Shown here in pieces: positions 34,418-44,997 of a DNA stretch of 64,000 nucleotides (the stretch's first letter is position 1; each line of letters opens with the position of its first letter). A program made the translations under genes and the position numbers. The DNA comes from an uncultured Planctomycetota bacterium (GTDB lineage Bacteria > Planctomycetota > Planctomycetia > Isosphaerales > Isosphaeraceae). A model generated the notes under the pieces. It had not been told where the DNA came from and searched no databases. It saw only the letters and a list, made by a program, of their open reading frames with translations. The stretch covers positions 992,001 to 1,056,000 of the forward strand of contig CAWGMQ010000008.1 in the NCBI GenBank assembly GCA_963823665.1, written 5' to 3'.

Positions 34418-34767
34418 GCAAAAAGACCGACACACTTACGGATTTCGACAAGCAGCTTATCGCAGGGATGGAGGAAGTCGTTGCGCATATCAAGGGTGAG
34501 CCCAACAAAGGCCGCGTGACGGTCGTTGAGTTTGCCGATGCGAAAGCGATCCGGGAAGGACTTGGCATGAGCCAGGCCGCATTTTCTCGCGCCTACGGAA
34601 TCCCTCTCAAGACCTTGCAGCACTGGGAGCAGCGCCGGCACAACCCAGACCGCACGGCTTCTGCCTACCTTTGGACGATTGAGGAATTTCCCGATCAAGC
34701 GCGTGAAGCGCAGAAGCGTCACCAGATTCAGCAACGGGCCGAGATCGAGCAGCAACCGAGGCCATAA
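34414..34767 (+). CDS. higA: XRE-family HTH antitoxin
   Basis: IREGLGMSQAAFSRAYGIPLKTLQHWEQRR-x2-P; ATGA overlap with the toxin gene. Confidence 0.88.
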   Translation: MSKKTDTLTDFDKQLIAGMEEVVAHIKGEPNKGRVTVVEFADAKAIREGLGMSQAAFSRAYGIPLKTLQHWEQRRHNPDRTASAYLWTIEEFPDQAREAQKRHQIQQRAEIEQQPRP

Positions 34768-34972
34768 GGGCTTGGCACGTGATCTGCTTGACAGTCTCGA
34801 TGCCGATTCACGTCCATTGTCCGTTGGCCCAGCTCGCTTATCGAGCGTTTCGCCGCGCGCGGTTGTAGGTATAATCGCTTCATTGAACGTGACTTCGATC
34901 ATTCGATGCGAACGACCCCGACCTTCGTGGGGACGGCCGCAGTTTGATCGACCCCATCACGGAGTAGCGCGT

Positions 34973-35623
34973 ATGTTCGGATTGATCGTCGCCCTCGCCG
35001 CAGTCGCCCAAGCCCCTGAGTATGTCGACGGATTTAAACCCAAGGTCGGCGACAAGGTCGTCCTTGCCCGCGACGAGCCGGCGAGGAAGGTACCGATCGC
35101 CAAGAGCGACGGGGCGGCGTTAGGGTTTCAGGACATCGTTTTGGATTCGAACAACTCCCAGTACGAGGCGCTGCTTGAGGGCAGCGAGCTCGCCGAGATC
35201 GACGCCGGGACGCCGGCTCAGGTCATCGGGGATGTCAAGTACCTCAAGGATCCCACGATCTTCAAGATTCGTATCCTCTCCGGCCCTTCCAAGGGGAAGA
35301 CGACCTTTACCTACACGAAGTTCTGCCGGAAGGCCGACCCCGCCGGCGCCAAGGCCAAGGCCGATAAGCGGAAGAAGCGAGGTCCCCTCGACAAGAAGGC
35401 TGTCGCCACCGACCTCAAAGACGCCCTGGCCACAGCCAAGCCCAACGAGGCCCAGAAGGATCTGGGAGCGAAGAAGAGCCTCGTCCGCGAGGCCGTCGAC
35501 CCGATCTGTAAGAAGTACGATGCCGACTACAGCGAGTTGAACGACCTTGCCACCCGGGCGGGCATCTTCGTCATGCTGAACGGGCAGAAATACGACATAG
35601 CGGGGAACCGCTTGCGGAAGTAA
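34973..35623 (+). CDS. Secreted Lys-rich hypothetical protein
   Basis: GGAG RBS; short hydrophobic leader MFGLIVALAAVAQA; strong G/C third-position bias; TATAAT at 34870-34875. Confidence 0.8.
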   Translation: MFGLIVALAAVAQAPEYVDGFKPKVGDKVVLARDEPARKVPIAKSDGAALGFQDIVLDSNNSQYEALLEGSELAEIDAGTPAQVIGDVKYLKDPTIFKIRILSGPSKGKTTFTYTKFCRKADPAGAKAKADKRKKRGPLDKKAVATDLKDALATAKPNEAQKDLGAKKSLVREAVDPICKKYDADYSELNDLATRAGIFVMLNGQKYDIAGNRLRK

Positions 35624-35638
35624 CGAGACCTGCGTCGC

Positions 35639-36298
35639 TCACGTGATCTGCTTATTTCCGCGCACGCGCTGGAGCATGTAACGTCTCGCCACTCGTATTT
35701 CCTTCCTTACCCGCTGATGGCCCCGCAGAGTCGCGAAGTCCTGCCAACTCTGGCGCCATTTTGCCGCTTGGTCGGATTTGCCCGAGGCCTCGTAGAGCTT
35801 GACGAGTTGCTCAACGCCCTCGCGGTAATATCGACGGGGTGTCGAGCGGGCCTCGCGAAGCCCCTTTTCGACGGCCAGGAGGTGCGGCTCGGCCTCAGCG
35901 TACCGATGTCGGGCCGCCAGACCGGCACCGTACCAGCACTCAGACCAGGCTGGGTAATGGGCCGACAGCGCGCGGGGGGATCTGGCAACGATCGATATGC
36001 TCTCAGCAAGAGCGGCGTCCGCCTCATCGCACCGCGCCAGGCGCACAAGTCCTCGTCCGAAGTCCATCAGAGCGGCCGCGATCATCGGATGTCCCGCGGG
36101 ATAGAGCCCCCTCCTCACAAGGAACTCAACATGGGTCCGTTCATCGGCGGTGATCGAGCCCCGATCGCAAAGCAGGTCGGCCAGCGGCACGGCCTTTTTT
36201 GCCGCCCAGGCGGAGCACGCCTCGGCTAACTGATCGGCGTCAATCAGATCGGCTTGCAGAGCGAGCACACCGAACAGCAGGTTTCGGTCGGTATTCAT
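35639..36298 (-). pseudogene. Ser/Thr kinase N-terminal leader fused in-frame to TPR tail, with the kinase domain missing
   Basis: DRNLLFGVLALQADLI.. leader is directly followed by GLYPAGHP..YAEAEPHLL..LVKLYEASGKSDQAAKWR; no kinase motifs. Confidence 0.7.
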
Positions 36299-36706
36299 GT
36301 TGCTTACATCTCCATTGCAGCAAGTGTGTGCGCCGGACGGGCGCACCGAGTCCAGCGGCCGCTTCCAGTCGCAGAAACCCCGCAGTGACAGGGCTTCTAC
36401 GGCAGGCTGCTGGAGGAACAGGGCCCGTGAAAGTGCCGCAACTGATCACCGCCGACCGTGGCCATGTCGACGAACGCATCCCGGATGGCCGAACTGCTGC
36501 CCGGAAACGACGTCGGATTCTGGTTCCAGTTCCCGTTGCACGAACCCCGACCGGCGTTAGAAGCGATCAGATTGAAACGTATTTTAATGGCGAGCGTTCC
36601 GATATTCATCCCATCCGCAAGGCTCTTTAAGAAATCATCCGAGAACCGACTCTGGTCCCTCCGTCGTAAAGAAGTTACAGTCTTCAATCTGTAGAATGTC
36701 AGCGCC

Positions 36707-37186
36707 GTGAGCGTGCCGACCACGAGTGGCCGCCGCCACGTCCGCTCGAATGGAGAAGATATGATGATGCGATCGACCTTTAGTGAGCACTCGATCGTTC
36801 GGAGGGCGAGCTTTAGAGTTTGGGTCCTCGCTGCACCTGGGGCCCTCGCAGCGGTCTTATTCTGCGTCATTGGATGGCGTTTCGGCGTTGATTACGTTGT
36901 GCGGCAGACCGCGCGCGCCCGGTTTGCACTGGAAGCAGCACCACTGGGCTCCTATGAGATGACCGAGGAAATGACCGTCTACAACAACGTGCTTGACCGA
37001 TTCGACTTCACGCTGGTTGATGACGTTCACATGCCATGTGGTACGGATGGGATCCGAATGAAAGGAAGATCGAGTTTAGGAACTGTTTGCATTCGATTTA
37101 AACACGGGCTGGTTGACGTTCGATACGATCCTCCTCCTCCCAAGGGCGTATTGGGGTGTCCCCCCGCTGCGCTAGCGCGGTTTTGA
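36707..37186 (+). CDS. Hypothetical membrane protein (start uncertain)
   Basis: Open frame with one hydrophobic segment; its stop overlaps the next TTG start. Confidence 0.5.
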   Translation: MSVPTTSGRRHVRSNGEDMMMRSTFSEHSIVRRASFRVWVLAAPGALAAVLFCVIGWRFGVDYVVRQTARARFALEAAPLGSYEMTEEMTVYNNVLDRFDFTLVDDVHMPCGTDGIRMKGRSSLGTVCIRFKHGLVDVRYDPPPPKGVLGCPPAALARF

Positions 37187-37794
37187 CCTTGCTCACTAGA
37201 ATTCGATCGCTCGCAGTCCTGATTGCGCTCGTGGCGGTCGCAGTTGCTAGGCGCTGGAAATACGACCTGGCTTTTGTTGGGTTCGCACTTCCCGTGGCAT
37301 TTGTCGCCGGGAACGTGATGTTTTGTTTCTCGATTGGGCTACTTCGTGCGGCTGCAAAGTTCACGGACGAGACGACGCGCGCGTGCTGGCACAACGAACG
37401 TGTGCTGGCAACGCCCACCTCTCGTGGTTCAGGTCGTGGCTCCGCATCGGCCTCATCGACCGCACGAGAACCCGAACATCGCAGATGGCGCGCGACAGTC
37501 AGCGGGAAGTATCTTGTGCTCCTGGCATGGCTGTGGGCGGCAGTCGCGGGCCCAATGATCAACGTGGCGCTTTCCCGATCGGCCGCCTTCGATTCGAGCG
37601 ACGACACCGATTGGGCAACCCCTCTCTATGTGGCTCTTCTTGCGTTAGCGCTGGTTACGTCCGTGCTCTGTCTTTGGTGGGGACTGTACGTGATCGCCCG
37701 CAGGTTTCTCGGTTTTGCCGAAACCATCGTCTTCTCTACGAGCTGCACCCTTGTGCATGTCGTCGTGTTTCTCTTCACGAATGCGGTACTTTGA
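37183..37794 (+). CDS. Hypothetical multi-pass membrane protein
   Basis: About five hydrophobic helices; N-terminus TRIRSLAVLIALVAV. Confidence 0.6.
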   Translation: MTLLTRIRSLAVLIALVAVAVARRWKYDLAFVGFALPVAFVAGNVMFCFSIGLLRAAAKFTDETTRACWHNERVLATPTSRGSGRGSASASSTAREPEHRRWRATVSGKYLVLLAWLWAAVAGPMINVALSRSAAFDSSDDTDWATPLYVALLALALVTSVLCLWWGLYVIARRFLGFAETIVFSTSCTLVHVVVFLFTNAVL

Positions 37795-37806
37795 CGCTTG
37801 CTTCAA

Positions 37807-40302
37807 TCAATGCGGGGCCTCTCCGCCTTGCAGCATCTCCTTGCGTTGCTGACGGAGCTTCTCCAGACGTGACAGAGGCTTGCCCGCATCGGCCTTGACG
37901 GTGACCACCGAGGCGGGCCTGGCGCCCGCGGCCGGAAGGATCGGCTTCCGGGCCGGCAGCGGCGCATCGACGCGCAGCCGGCCCGTCCCCAGGTTGTGCA
38001 CGATCGGCTCGCCGTCTTTCATGATGACGGCCTGGCAGAACAGGCCTTTCGATTCGCCAGGGGGCGTCTTCAGGTCGGTTTTGAGGTGAAACACGACCTT
38101 GGTATCGCGATCCGTCACCGTGACCGGCTCTGTGGTCGCCTTGTTGGGCAGGCCGATGAGCGTGAGCTTCGCTGCGCCGGAAAGTCGGTTACCTTGTTCA
38201 CGTTCACGATCAGGTCGACCTCCTTGCCTTGCTCGACGCTGGCCGCCTGGAACTTGAGCGTCAGGAACTGTGGCGCCACGGTGAGCCGGGCGAATTCCGA
38301 CGACACAACCAGCCGGCCGCCGCGGTTTCCGCGCCGCTGCTGCTGTGCTTTAGGCGTTCCGGCCGCGGGGGCTGGCGGAGGCTCGATATAGGTGCCGTTC
38401 GCCAGGATCCGCCAGGTTTTCAACTCGGCGCCGCCATTCGCGTTGATCGGAATGACCGCTTCCGTCCCGTTTTCGGGGATCACGACTTCTCCCTTGGAGG
38501 CAATTCCCGGCGGATTCCAGGGGAGCGAGACGAGGATCGGAGCGGTGAAGCCCGGCTTGCGGGTGGCCACCACCTTCAAGTCCATCGAGCCGCCGCGCAC
38601 GATCGGCACCTTCGGCTCGACGATCGCGACCGAGAAGGGCGCCTCGTTGGCGACGGCGACGACCAGCGATTCGACCGTGCGCGTCCAGAACGGCACGTTG
38701 TTTTGACCGAGCACCAGCTCGGCGGTCGAGCTGAATTCGCAGGGAATTTGCTTCGAGCTGTCGGTCGGACGACCGACGACATTCGCGAACTTCGCACCAA
38801 TCGGGGCCTTGGCATCGGCGTGGAAAAGCACTGGGATGACCGTGTTTCCGGCCGTCATCTCATCCGCCTCGACCGTGACTCCCGGGGGCAAGTTGCTCGC
38901 GCTCAGGGTGACCGCGCCTGAGAAATCCTCGCGCTTGGCCTGGATCAGGATCGCCTGGCGATTCCCTTTCGGAACCGAGAGAGCCATCACGCTCGTCCCG
39001 CGCCGGAGCGATTCGTTAGGCGTGCTCAGGTCGAGCCGAGGCGTCGCCGAGCTGATCTCGACGCGATATGTGTATTCGGGCCCCCCTTTTTTCAGGTGGT
39101 CGGATACGGAGATCACGAAATCACCGTCGCGCGGCGGGTTGAATCGAATGTAACTGTCGGGCCCGCCACTGTCGTCATTTCCCGCAACCTGGCCCGCGTT
39201 CTTGGCGAAGAGCCCAATGACCGGGTCGAGCGGCGAGCGGATCTGACGGGCGAACACGCGAATGTCGTAGGTCTGCCCCTTCCTGGCGCGAAACGTGAAA
39301 AAATCGACGTCCCCCGCTTTTTCGATCACACCGTTGAGTGCGACTGGAGCCGAAAACGCGGTGGCGCGATCATGGGTGTCGTTGGGCTCGGCCTCGATCG
39401 TGTTGCCAAACGGGCTGAGCCGAAACAGGTTCGGGTAGGGCGCAAAGCCGCGCGAATCGTGCGCCAGAAGGCCAAAATGGCGATCGGCATGGCCGGGCAG
39501 ATCGATCTCGGTCGTGGTTTCGCCCAGCACGTCGCCGATCCAGCGAATGCGCAAATGCTCGCCCACCTTGCCGCCAGAAGGGAGCGTGGCGGTCGGCCTC
39601 GGGAAGTTTCCGACATGCAGGCGGTACAGGCATTGCGGATTGCCGGCGAACGCCGCCTCGCGCACGGCGATGATGTACTGCCCGTCCTCGGGGGCGACCA
39701 GCGAAACGAAGCAATCCTGCCAGATGAGGGCGTTGTCATCGCTCGTGGCCAGCTCGAACCGCTTCGCGTTCAAGATTGCGACATAAGGGTCGAAGAGCGT
39801 CAGACCGAGGCGAATTCCCTCCACCTCGGCCGTGATCCGCTCCCCTTTCTTCGCTGCGCACCTCGTAATAATCGATGTCTTCGTTGGCCGCGACGCCGTT
39901 GACCGTCACGTTGAAGCTGACCGGTTGGGGCCGGGCGAAATCGTTATTGGGCTCGACCTCGGGGACGTCGCGCAACGCTCCCACGCTAAAGGTCTTGAGC
40001 GAGCTTATCCCCGTCGCGGTGCGAATGCGAAAATCATGCAGGCCCAGATCGGCGCCCTCCGCGATCTTGAAAGTGGCGACTGCCTGCGCGTCCTTGCCGC
40101 CGACGATCTTGGTGACCGTGATCCCCGGCTGATAGAAGAGAATCTCCTGGATGTCGGCGAGGCGCTGGCCGGTGAGCGTGACGACCACCTCGGTGCCGCG
40201 CTGGCCGCCGACGGGCTGGATTAATCGGACGGTGGGGGCGACCGCCCAGGCGGGCACGGCCGCGATCAACATTCCTAGCGTGGCGAGAACGACGGATTTC
40301 AT
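37807..40302 (-). CDS. PPC (pre-peptidase C-terminal) domain-containing secreted protein (frameshifts near 39855 and 38180)
   Basis: Signal peptide, P-x-GGQRGT, repeated E-x-EPN-x/DVD-x-F modules and YRLHVGNFPRP; typical Planctomycete family. Confidence 0.87.
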
Positions 40303-40555
40303 GATGATCGCCGGACAGAGTCCGTCTCTGGGGAGGGCAGCGATTGAGGTAAGACAAGAGGGCGTGTGGCAGTCGGCAGGGGCCGGCCGGGCGCCGGCGA
40401 ACGAGGCAATTCGCTCGTCCGGCGGCGATCGACCTGACGTCTTAGTATAGCCTCTTCGAAATGTTCAACCAGAGATTAACGGACAAAATGGCGCAAGCGC
40501 CCTAAAGCCGGTGGGCTCTAGTCGAGAAACTGTGCCCTGACAATCGTGCCGACTT

Positions 40556-43500
40556 CTACCACCGAAAGAAGCGATACGGATCATCCATCTCTTCGGGCTG
40601 ATCGAGATAGAAGCCGTCCAGCCAGCGCTTCTCGGACGTTTCGGCCACGGGCGATTGAAAGCGGCTCAGAAGAGGCGTCGCCGATTCGGCACCCATGTTC
40701 GTCAGCAACTGCGACACCAGGAAAGAAACGCGGCGAAACGTGCGTTTGATGTTGAGCTTGCCGGCGTACTCAAACTGCCAAGGCACAAGCTGGCAGAAGA
40801 CTGCGTTTGCATTCTGTGCGCGGGCCAGGACCCCGTCGCCGACCGCGTCGGGGTCAGTGCTGATGAGCGCAATCTGACGCGGATCGCGATTGTGCACATC
40901 CGCCGGCCCGATTCCGGCAAAGACCGAGCCACGATCATAGGGCTCGAAATACGCGGAGATGTGCTCGGTGTCCTTCATGCCGACTTGAAACGGCAAGAAG
41001 GCCTTCGCGTCATTTGCATCGAGCCCGATCCCGAGCACGTCGCCGCCGGCCTTCAGCCAGTGAGCGATCATCTTCGCGTGCCCGGCCAGTTCTTTGCCTG
41101 CGCCGGTGCCTGCCACGAGCACCTGATCGGGTGTCAGGTCGGCTCCCTGGAACGGAGTCACCTTGAAGCCGGCTCTCGCAAGATGGCGCAGCCCGGCCGG
41201 ATCGCCGGCGTAAACGATCGATCGAGTCGGCACGGGCGCGTAGCCCGCCACGAAGCCGATGATATTCTGCACCAGCGTTCGGGCCACGGGGTCGCTCTCG
41301 GTTCGGCCGGTCACGTCAAGCTGGCAGAACAGGACGAGCCCCTGGCCCTCGCGGTATTCGAGTAGCGGGCTGTATTGCAGGCTGAAACCGCCATCGACGA
41401 GCGGCTGCACGTTGCCGCGGGCTGGTTTCTCGATCAATACGGAAGCGACGTTGCCCTGATTGCCGCATCGCCAGACGTGCGGAACGGGGATGTCGCACCA
41501 GCGCACTGTCGGGCCATAACGCGGCCGCAGCTCATAATTCAGGTAGTGCGACAAGATCGTGGCGTCGCCCCGCCAGTCGCGAAGATGCTCGACGCCGATA
41601 CCGAGCAGAATGGGGTGATCGGGAACTCGAGGGAAGACCTGTCGCAACCCATATTCTTGAACGCGAAATCCCAGCCGTTTTTCCAACACCTGCGACGTTT
41701 GCTCGAAGACGATCACTTTCAGACCACGACGAACGCGATCGATGGATGGCGCGGGACGATCGAGCTTCAATGCCGATTTGCCAACAATCAGGATGTCGTA
41801 TCCGGCGAGGTCGGCGTCCGATTCCACTCGCTCGCAGGCGATGCCCAGGCTCGCAAGCAGCCCGCCGGTCGCACCTTCCGGATCAAAAAGAGCGATCCGC
41901 GCGTTGACACGAGTCGCCTCCTTGACCGGCAGCACCGTGATCGCGAAAGAATCTTCCTGGGTCTCGCCGGTGCTGAATGACGCCCGCGCGATCAATTGGA
42001 ACGTGCCCACCCCAAGCGAGCGCGGCAGCTCGAGCTTCAGCGGAATACGCTCCTGCTGGCCGGTCAGGACCGAGACTGTCTTCCGACCGGCGACCGCATT
42101 CCGGACTGGCCCGGCAGCCGCCGCGGCGTTGCGCAGCTCGAGCGACCATTCGCAGTCGCAGGTCACGGTCTGCCGGGAATTGTTGAGGACCACGAGCTGC
42201 TTCTCGACCGTCTCGCCTGCGTGGAACACATGGTCCTTGCTGGTAAACCGTGCCGGCTTCCCTGCGATGTATGCGAGTAGCGGCTGGTTGTTACGAATCA
42301 ATGCCAGACCGTCGGCCGTCGGGTTCCAGTCCCTTTGCTCATAGGCCATATCCATGCGATCGAACGCCTGATCGATGAAGTCGGGGCTAAATCCGGGGCG
42401 CTCCAGTTGACTCCAGTCGACCTTCAGCTCACGCCGTCGTTTGTCGATTCCCGGTCGCGGCCGCCAGAAGTGCCCGAACTCCCAGGGTGACGTCGCCGAG
42501 ACGCCCCAGGTCCGGAATGCGCGGAGGTTGTCGGCGAGATACATGCCGATCACTTCATGGCGATCGTCGAAGAGCCGCGAGCCCATCTCGTAGGGGTAAT
42601 CCCAGCGGTGCCAGAGCTTGCCCGCCTGGAATTGCTTGGCCTCCCAGCGGAGGTTGGCTTTCTCCATGTCGCTCAAGCGGTAGGCCCGGTCTCCCAGGAA
42701 CTGGGCATTCCATTCGGCAAGGCAGAGCTCCCAGGGAACTAAGGCGCTTCCGAAGGACCGCTGGCCCTTGTACCATCCGCGATACATGGACCAGTCCCAC
42801 GTGAAAGGTGCGCCATACTCACATGTGAAGACAGGTTTTACGCCTTTGGTCGCCCAGTGCTCGAACCAGTCGGAAAGCTCCTGCACCGGCGCGAAGTTGG
42901 GATAGAAGTTGCTGTCGTGCATCGAGCCCAGGTTGCCCGAGGCGTGGTGGTAGACGATGCGGCCCGGGTCGAGCCCGCGCACAATCGCTTCGGCGCGTAG
43001 CGCGAGGTTCGTATTGTTCCTGGCCCAGGCTTCACGCGGGTCAGAAAGGCCGTCGATCAGTTGTGGGTTCATGTCTTCCTCGTAGCCGGTTGCGTTATGG
43101 CTCATCGAGTAGAAGACGACCGAGGGATGGTTGAGCGCGGCGCGCGTGTAGAACTCGGCGTGCCGCGAATATCCATTCGTCCTGTCGGCATCCGCCGCTT
43201 TCCAGTTGTAGTGACTGAAATGCGGCTGGGTGAACGAGACGAGCATCCCCGCATCGTCCGCTGCGCGCAGAATCTCCGCATAGCTCAAGTGAGAGCCCGG
43301 CTCGCAGCCGTAGTTGTGGGTGTAAACCATGTTGATGCCGAAGCTCTTGAGCCGCCGCAGGGTCTCGCTCGCGCCGGCGTATGTGGCCTGCGCGGCGCCG
43401 ACTAAGGCATTGTCGATCGGGACGGCCGAGAGAAAAATCCGCGTCCCGTTCAAGAAGAAGTCACGGCCATCGATCCAGAACTCGCGGAACCCGAACCTCT

Positions 43501-44512
43501 CCGGAGCAGCGGTGTCGAGCACCCGGCCTTCGTCGTCGCGCAGGGAGACGCTCACCGAATAGACATTGCCCGGCGTGTGTAGGTCCCACAGCCGGTCGGG
43601 CTTCCACGGCGTCGCGAAGGTGAGCCGGCCGCCCTCGAGATCGGCCTTGCGAAACGGCTTGCTCTCGAGCGCGGTCACTTCGCGACCATCCTGGCGCACG
43701 CTGCCGCGCAGGGTGTAAGCCACGCTCGCCAAGAGATCCCCGAGCGCGGTGTCGAGAGTGATCTGGGCCCTGCGCACCGAGGTGTTCACCCTCACCTGCG
43801 TGATCCGGGCGCCCCCGGGAGTTGACTCGAGGAACACATCGCCGCAGAGACCGCGGCGAGCGACGGTGCCCCGGGACTGGCGCCCTGCGGCGGTATCGGC
43901 GTAGGAGAGCATGACCTCGTTGAGTGGCAGCGCGGTGACCAGCACGCTGATCGCGTGCTTGGCGCCGGGACGGCAAAAGGCGGTGACATCCAGCTCGCCG
44001 CCGGGGAAGCGAATCTCGCCGGCGTGCTTGCCATCGATAAAAACAGTTGCAATAGAATTCACGTGATCGGCCGTCAGCGCAATTCGGCGACGGGCCCAGG
44101 AGACCGGCACGTGGAACTCGCGCTCGTACCATGCTGATCTCACGGATCCCAGGCGTGCATCGTTCCAGCTCGAATGCCGGTAGAGCGTTTGAGAGTCTTT
44201 CTGCAAGTAATCACTGATTCCGGGCCAGCAGCCCGGCACTTTGAAGTAGCCCCAGCTCGCCTTGGGGGGCTCCGTCTTACGCGGGTCGGCTTGCGCGGGT
44301 TGCCATCGCCAGAGGCCGTTCAAGCAGATGCGCTCGCGGGTGGGAGTCGTCTCGCGATAGGACTTCTCAAGGTCCCAGACCGCCGTCACGCCGGCAGGCA
44401 GCGGCGCGGCGAAGTCGTCCGCGGCGAGCGGGCGGCTCGAGGCCGCCACAATCACCAGCACGACAACGAGATTTGCCGGAACGTGTTTCGAATGGGCTTT
44501 TCCTGGAATCAT
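40556..44512 (-). CDS. Large secreted glycoside hydrolase family 2-like protein
   Basis: GGAGGAGG RBS and signal peptide; motifs ICLNGLW, VPG-x-W, WYEREF, LWD, FGFREFWIDG-x2-F-x-LNG, ADDAGM, NHPS and CEYG. Confidence 0.82.
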   Translation of the reverse strand: MIPGKAHSKHVPANLVVVLVIVAASSRPLAADDFAAPLPAGVTAVWDLEKSYRETTPTRERICLNGLWRWQPAQADPRKTEPPKASWGYFKVPGCWPGISDYLQKDSQTLYRHSSWNDARLGSVRSAWYEREFHVPVSWARRRIALTADHVNSIATVFIDGKHAGEIRFPGGELDVTAFCRPGAKHAISVLVTALPLNEVMLSYADTAAGRQSRGTVARRGLCGDVFLESTPGGARITQVRVNTSVRRAQITLDTALGDLLASVAYTLRGSVRQDGREVTALESKPFRKADLEGGRLTFATPWKPDRLWDLHTPGNVYSVSVSLRDDEGRVLDTAAPERFGFREFWIDGRDFFLNGTRIFLSAVPIDNALVGAAQATYAGASETLRRLKSFGINMVYTHNYGCEPGSHLSYAEILRAADDAGMLVSFTQPHFSHYNWKAADADRTNGYSRHAEFYTRAALNHPSVVFYSMSHNATGYEEDMNPQLIDGLSDPREAWARNNTNLALRAEAIVRGLDPGRIVYHHASGNLGSMHDSNFYPNFAPVQELSDWFEHWATKGVKPVFTCEYGAPFTWDWSMYRGWYKGQRSFGSALVPWELCLAEWNAQFLGDRAYRLSDMEKANLRWEAKQFQAGKLWHRWDYPYEMGSRLFDDRHEVIGMYLADNLRAFRTWGVSATSPWEFGHFWRPRPGIDKRRRELKVDWSQLERPGFSPDFIDQAFDRMDMAYEQRDWNPTADGLALIRNNQPLLAYIAGKPARFTSKDHVFHAGETVEKQLVVLNNSRQTVTCDCEWSLELRNAAAAAGPVRNAVAGRKTVSVLTGQQERIPLKLELPRSLGVGTFQLIARASFSTGETQEDSFAITVLPVKEATRVNARIALFDPEGATGGLLASLGIACERVESDADLAGYDILIVGKSALKLDRPAPSIDRVRRGLKVIVFEQTSQVLEKRLGFRVQEYGLRQVFPRVPDHPILLGIGVEHLRDWRGDATILSHYLNYELRPRYGPTVRWCDIPVPHVWRCGNQGNVASVLIEKPARGNVQPLVDGGFSLQYSPLLEYREGQGLVLFCQLDVTGRTESDPVARTLVQNIIGFVAGYAPVPTRSIVYAGDPAGLRHLARAGFKVTPFQGADLTPDQVLVAGTGAGKELAGHAKMIAHWLKAGGDVLGIGLDANDAKAFLPFQVGMKDTEHISAYFEPYDRGSVFAGIGPADVHNRDPRQIALISTDPDAVGDGVLARAQNANAVFCQLVPWQFEYAGKLNIKRTFRRVSFLVSQLLTNMGAESATPLLSRFQSPVAETSEKRWLDGFYLDQPEEMDDPYRFFRW

Positions 44513-44640
44513 GGTGAGCCTCCTCCGGGCGAGGGCTGTCTTGAGAAGGAGCGCATCTCTTTGGTGACCGCCGGCGATGCGAATCACCCTCGCGAAGCGC
44601 CTGTTCGCGATGATACAGTAGTTCTCGATCGGAGAAACCC

Positions 44641-44997
44641 ATGCCGCTCAACATTCGCGTCGACGGAGACATCGTCGTGCTGAGCAATTTCGGCAGGCTC
44701 ATGAACGACCCGAAGTATATCGATGCTGGCCGCGATACAAGTGACTTGCTCGAGCAGGGATTCACGAAGTTCATTCTGGATCTCGGCGGATTCCGGGAGA
44801 CCGGCTCGAGCTTCCTCGGGCTCTTGATGACCATGACTCGCCGGATCAGACAACACGATGCGGAAGCGGTGCTGGCTCATCTGGCGCCGGTGACCGAGAG
44901 TTTCATCAATGACATGCGGATGGACGATTACTGGGACATCTTCAAGACGGTCGAAGAGGCGATCCGGTTTTTCAGGCCAGACTCGGCTCGCGAATGA
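44641..44997 (+). CDS. STAS domain protein (anti-sigma factor antagonist)
   Basis: 118 aa; FILDLGG-x4-GSSFLGLL with the conserved phospho-Ser; C-terminal IFKTVEEA. Confidence 0.87.
   Translation: MPLNIRVDGDIVVLSNFGRLMNDPKYIDAGRDTSDLLEQGFTKFILDLGGFRETGSSFLGLLMTMTRRIRQHDAEAVLAHLAPVTESFINDMRMDDYWDIFKTVEEAIRFFRPDSARE

Noticed and set aside
36300..36700. ORFs in the AT-richer spacer (36458-36694 +, 36397-36870 -)
   Set aside because: No recognisable motif, RBS or codon bias; probably non-coding.
28800..37800. Integron cassette array
   Set aside because: Mixed gene orientations, and no recognisable attC sites or integrase.
40500..40521. CCTAAAGCCGGTGGGCTCTA as half of a REP or IS605-type end
   Set aside because: Single partial copy with no complementary arm or nearby transposase.
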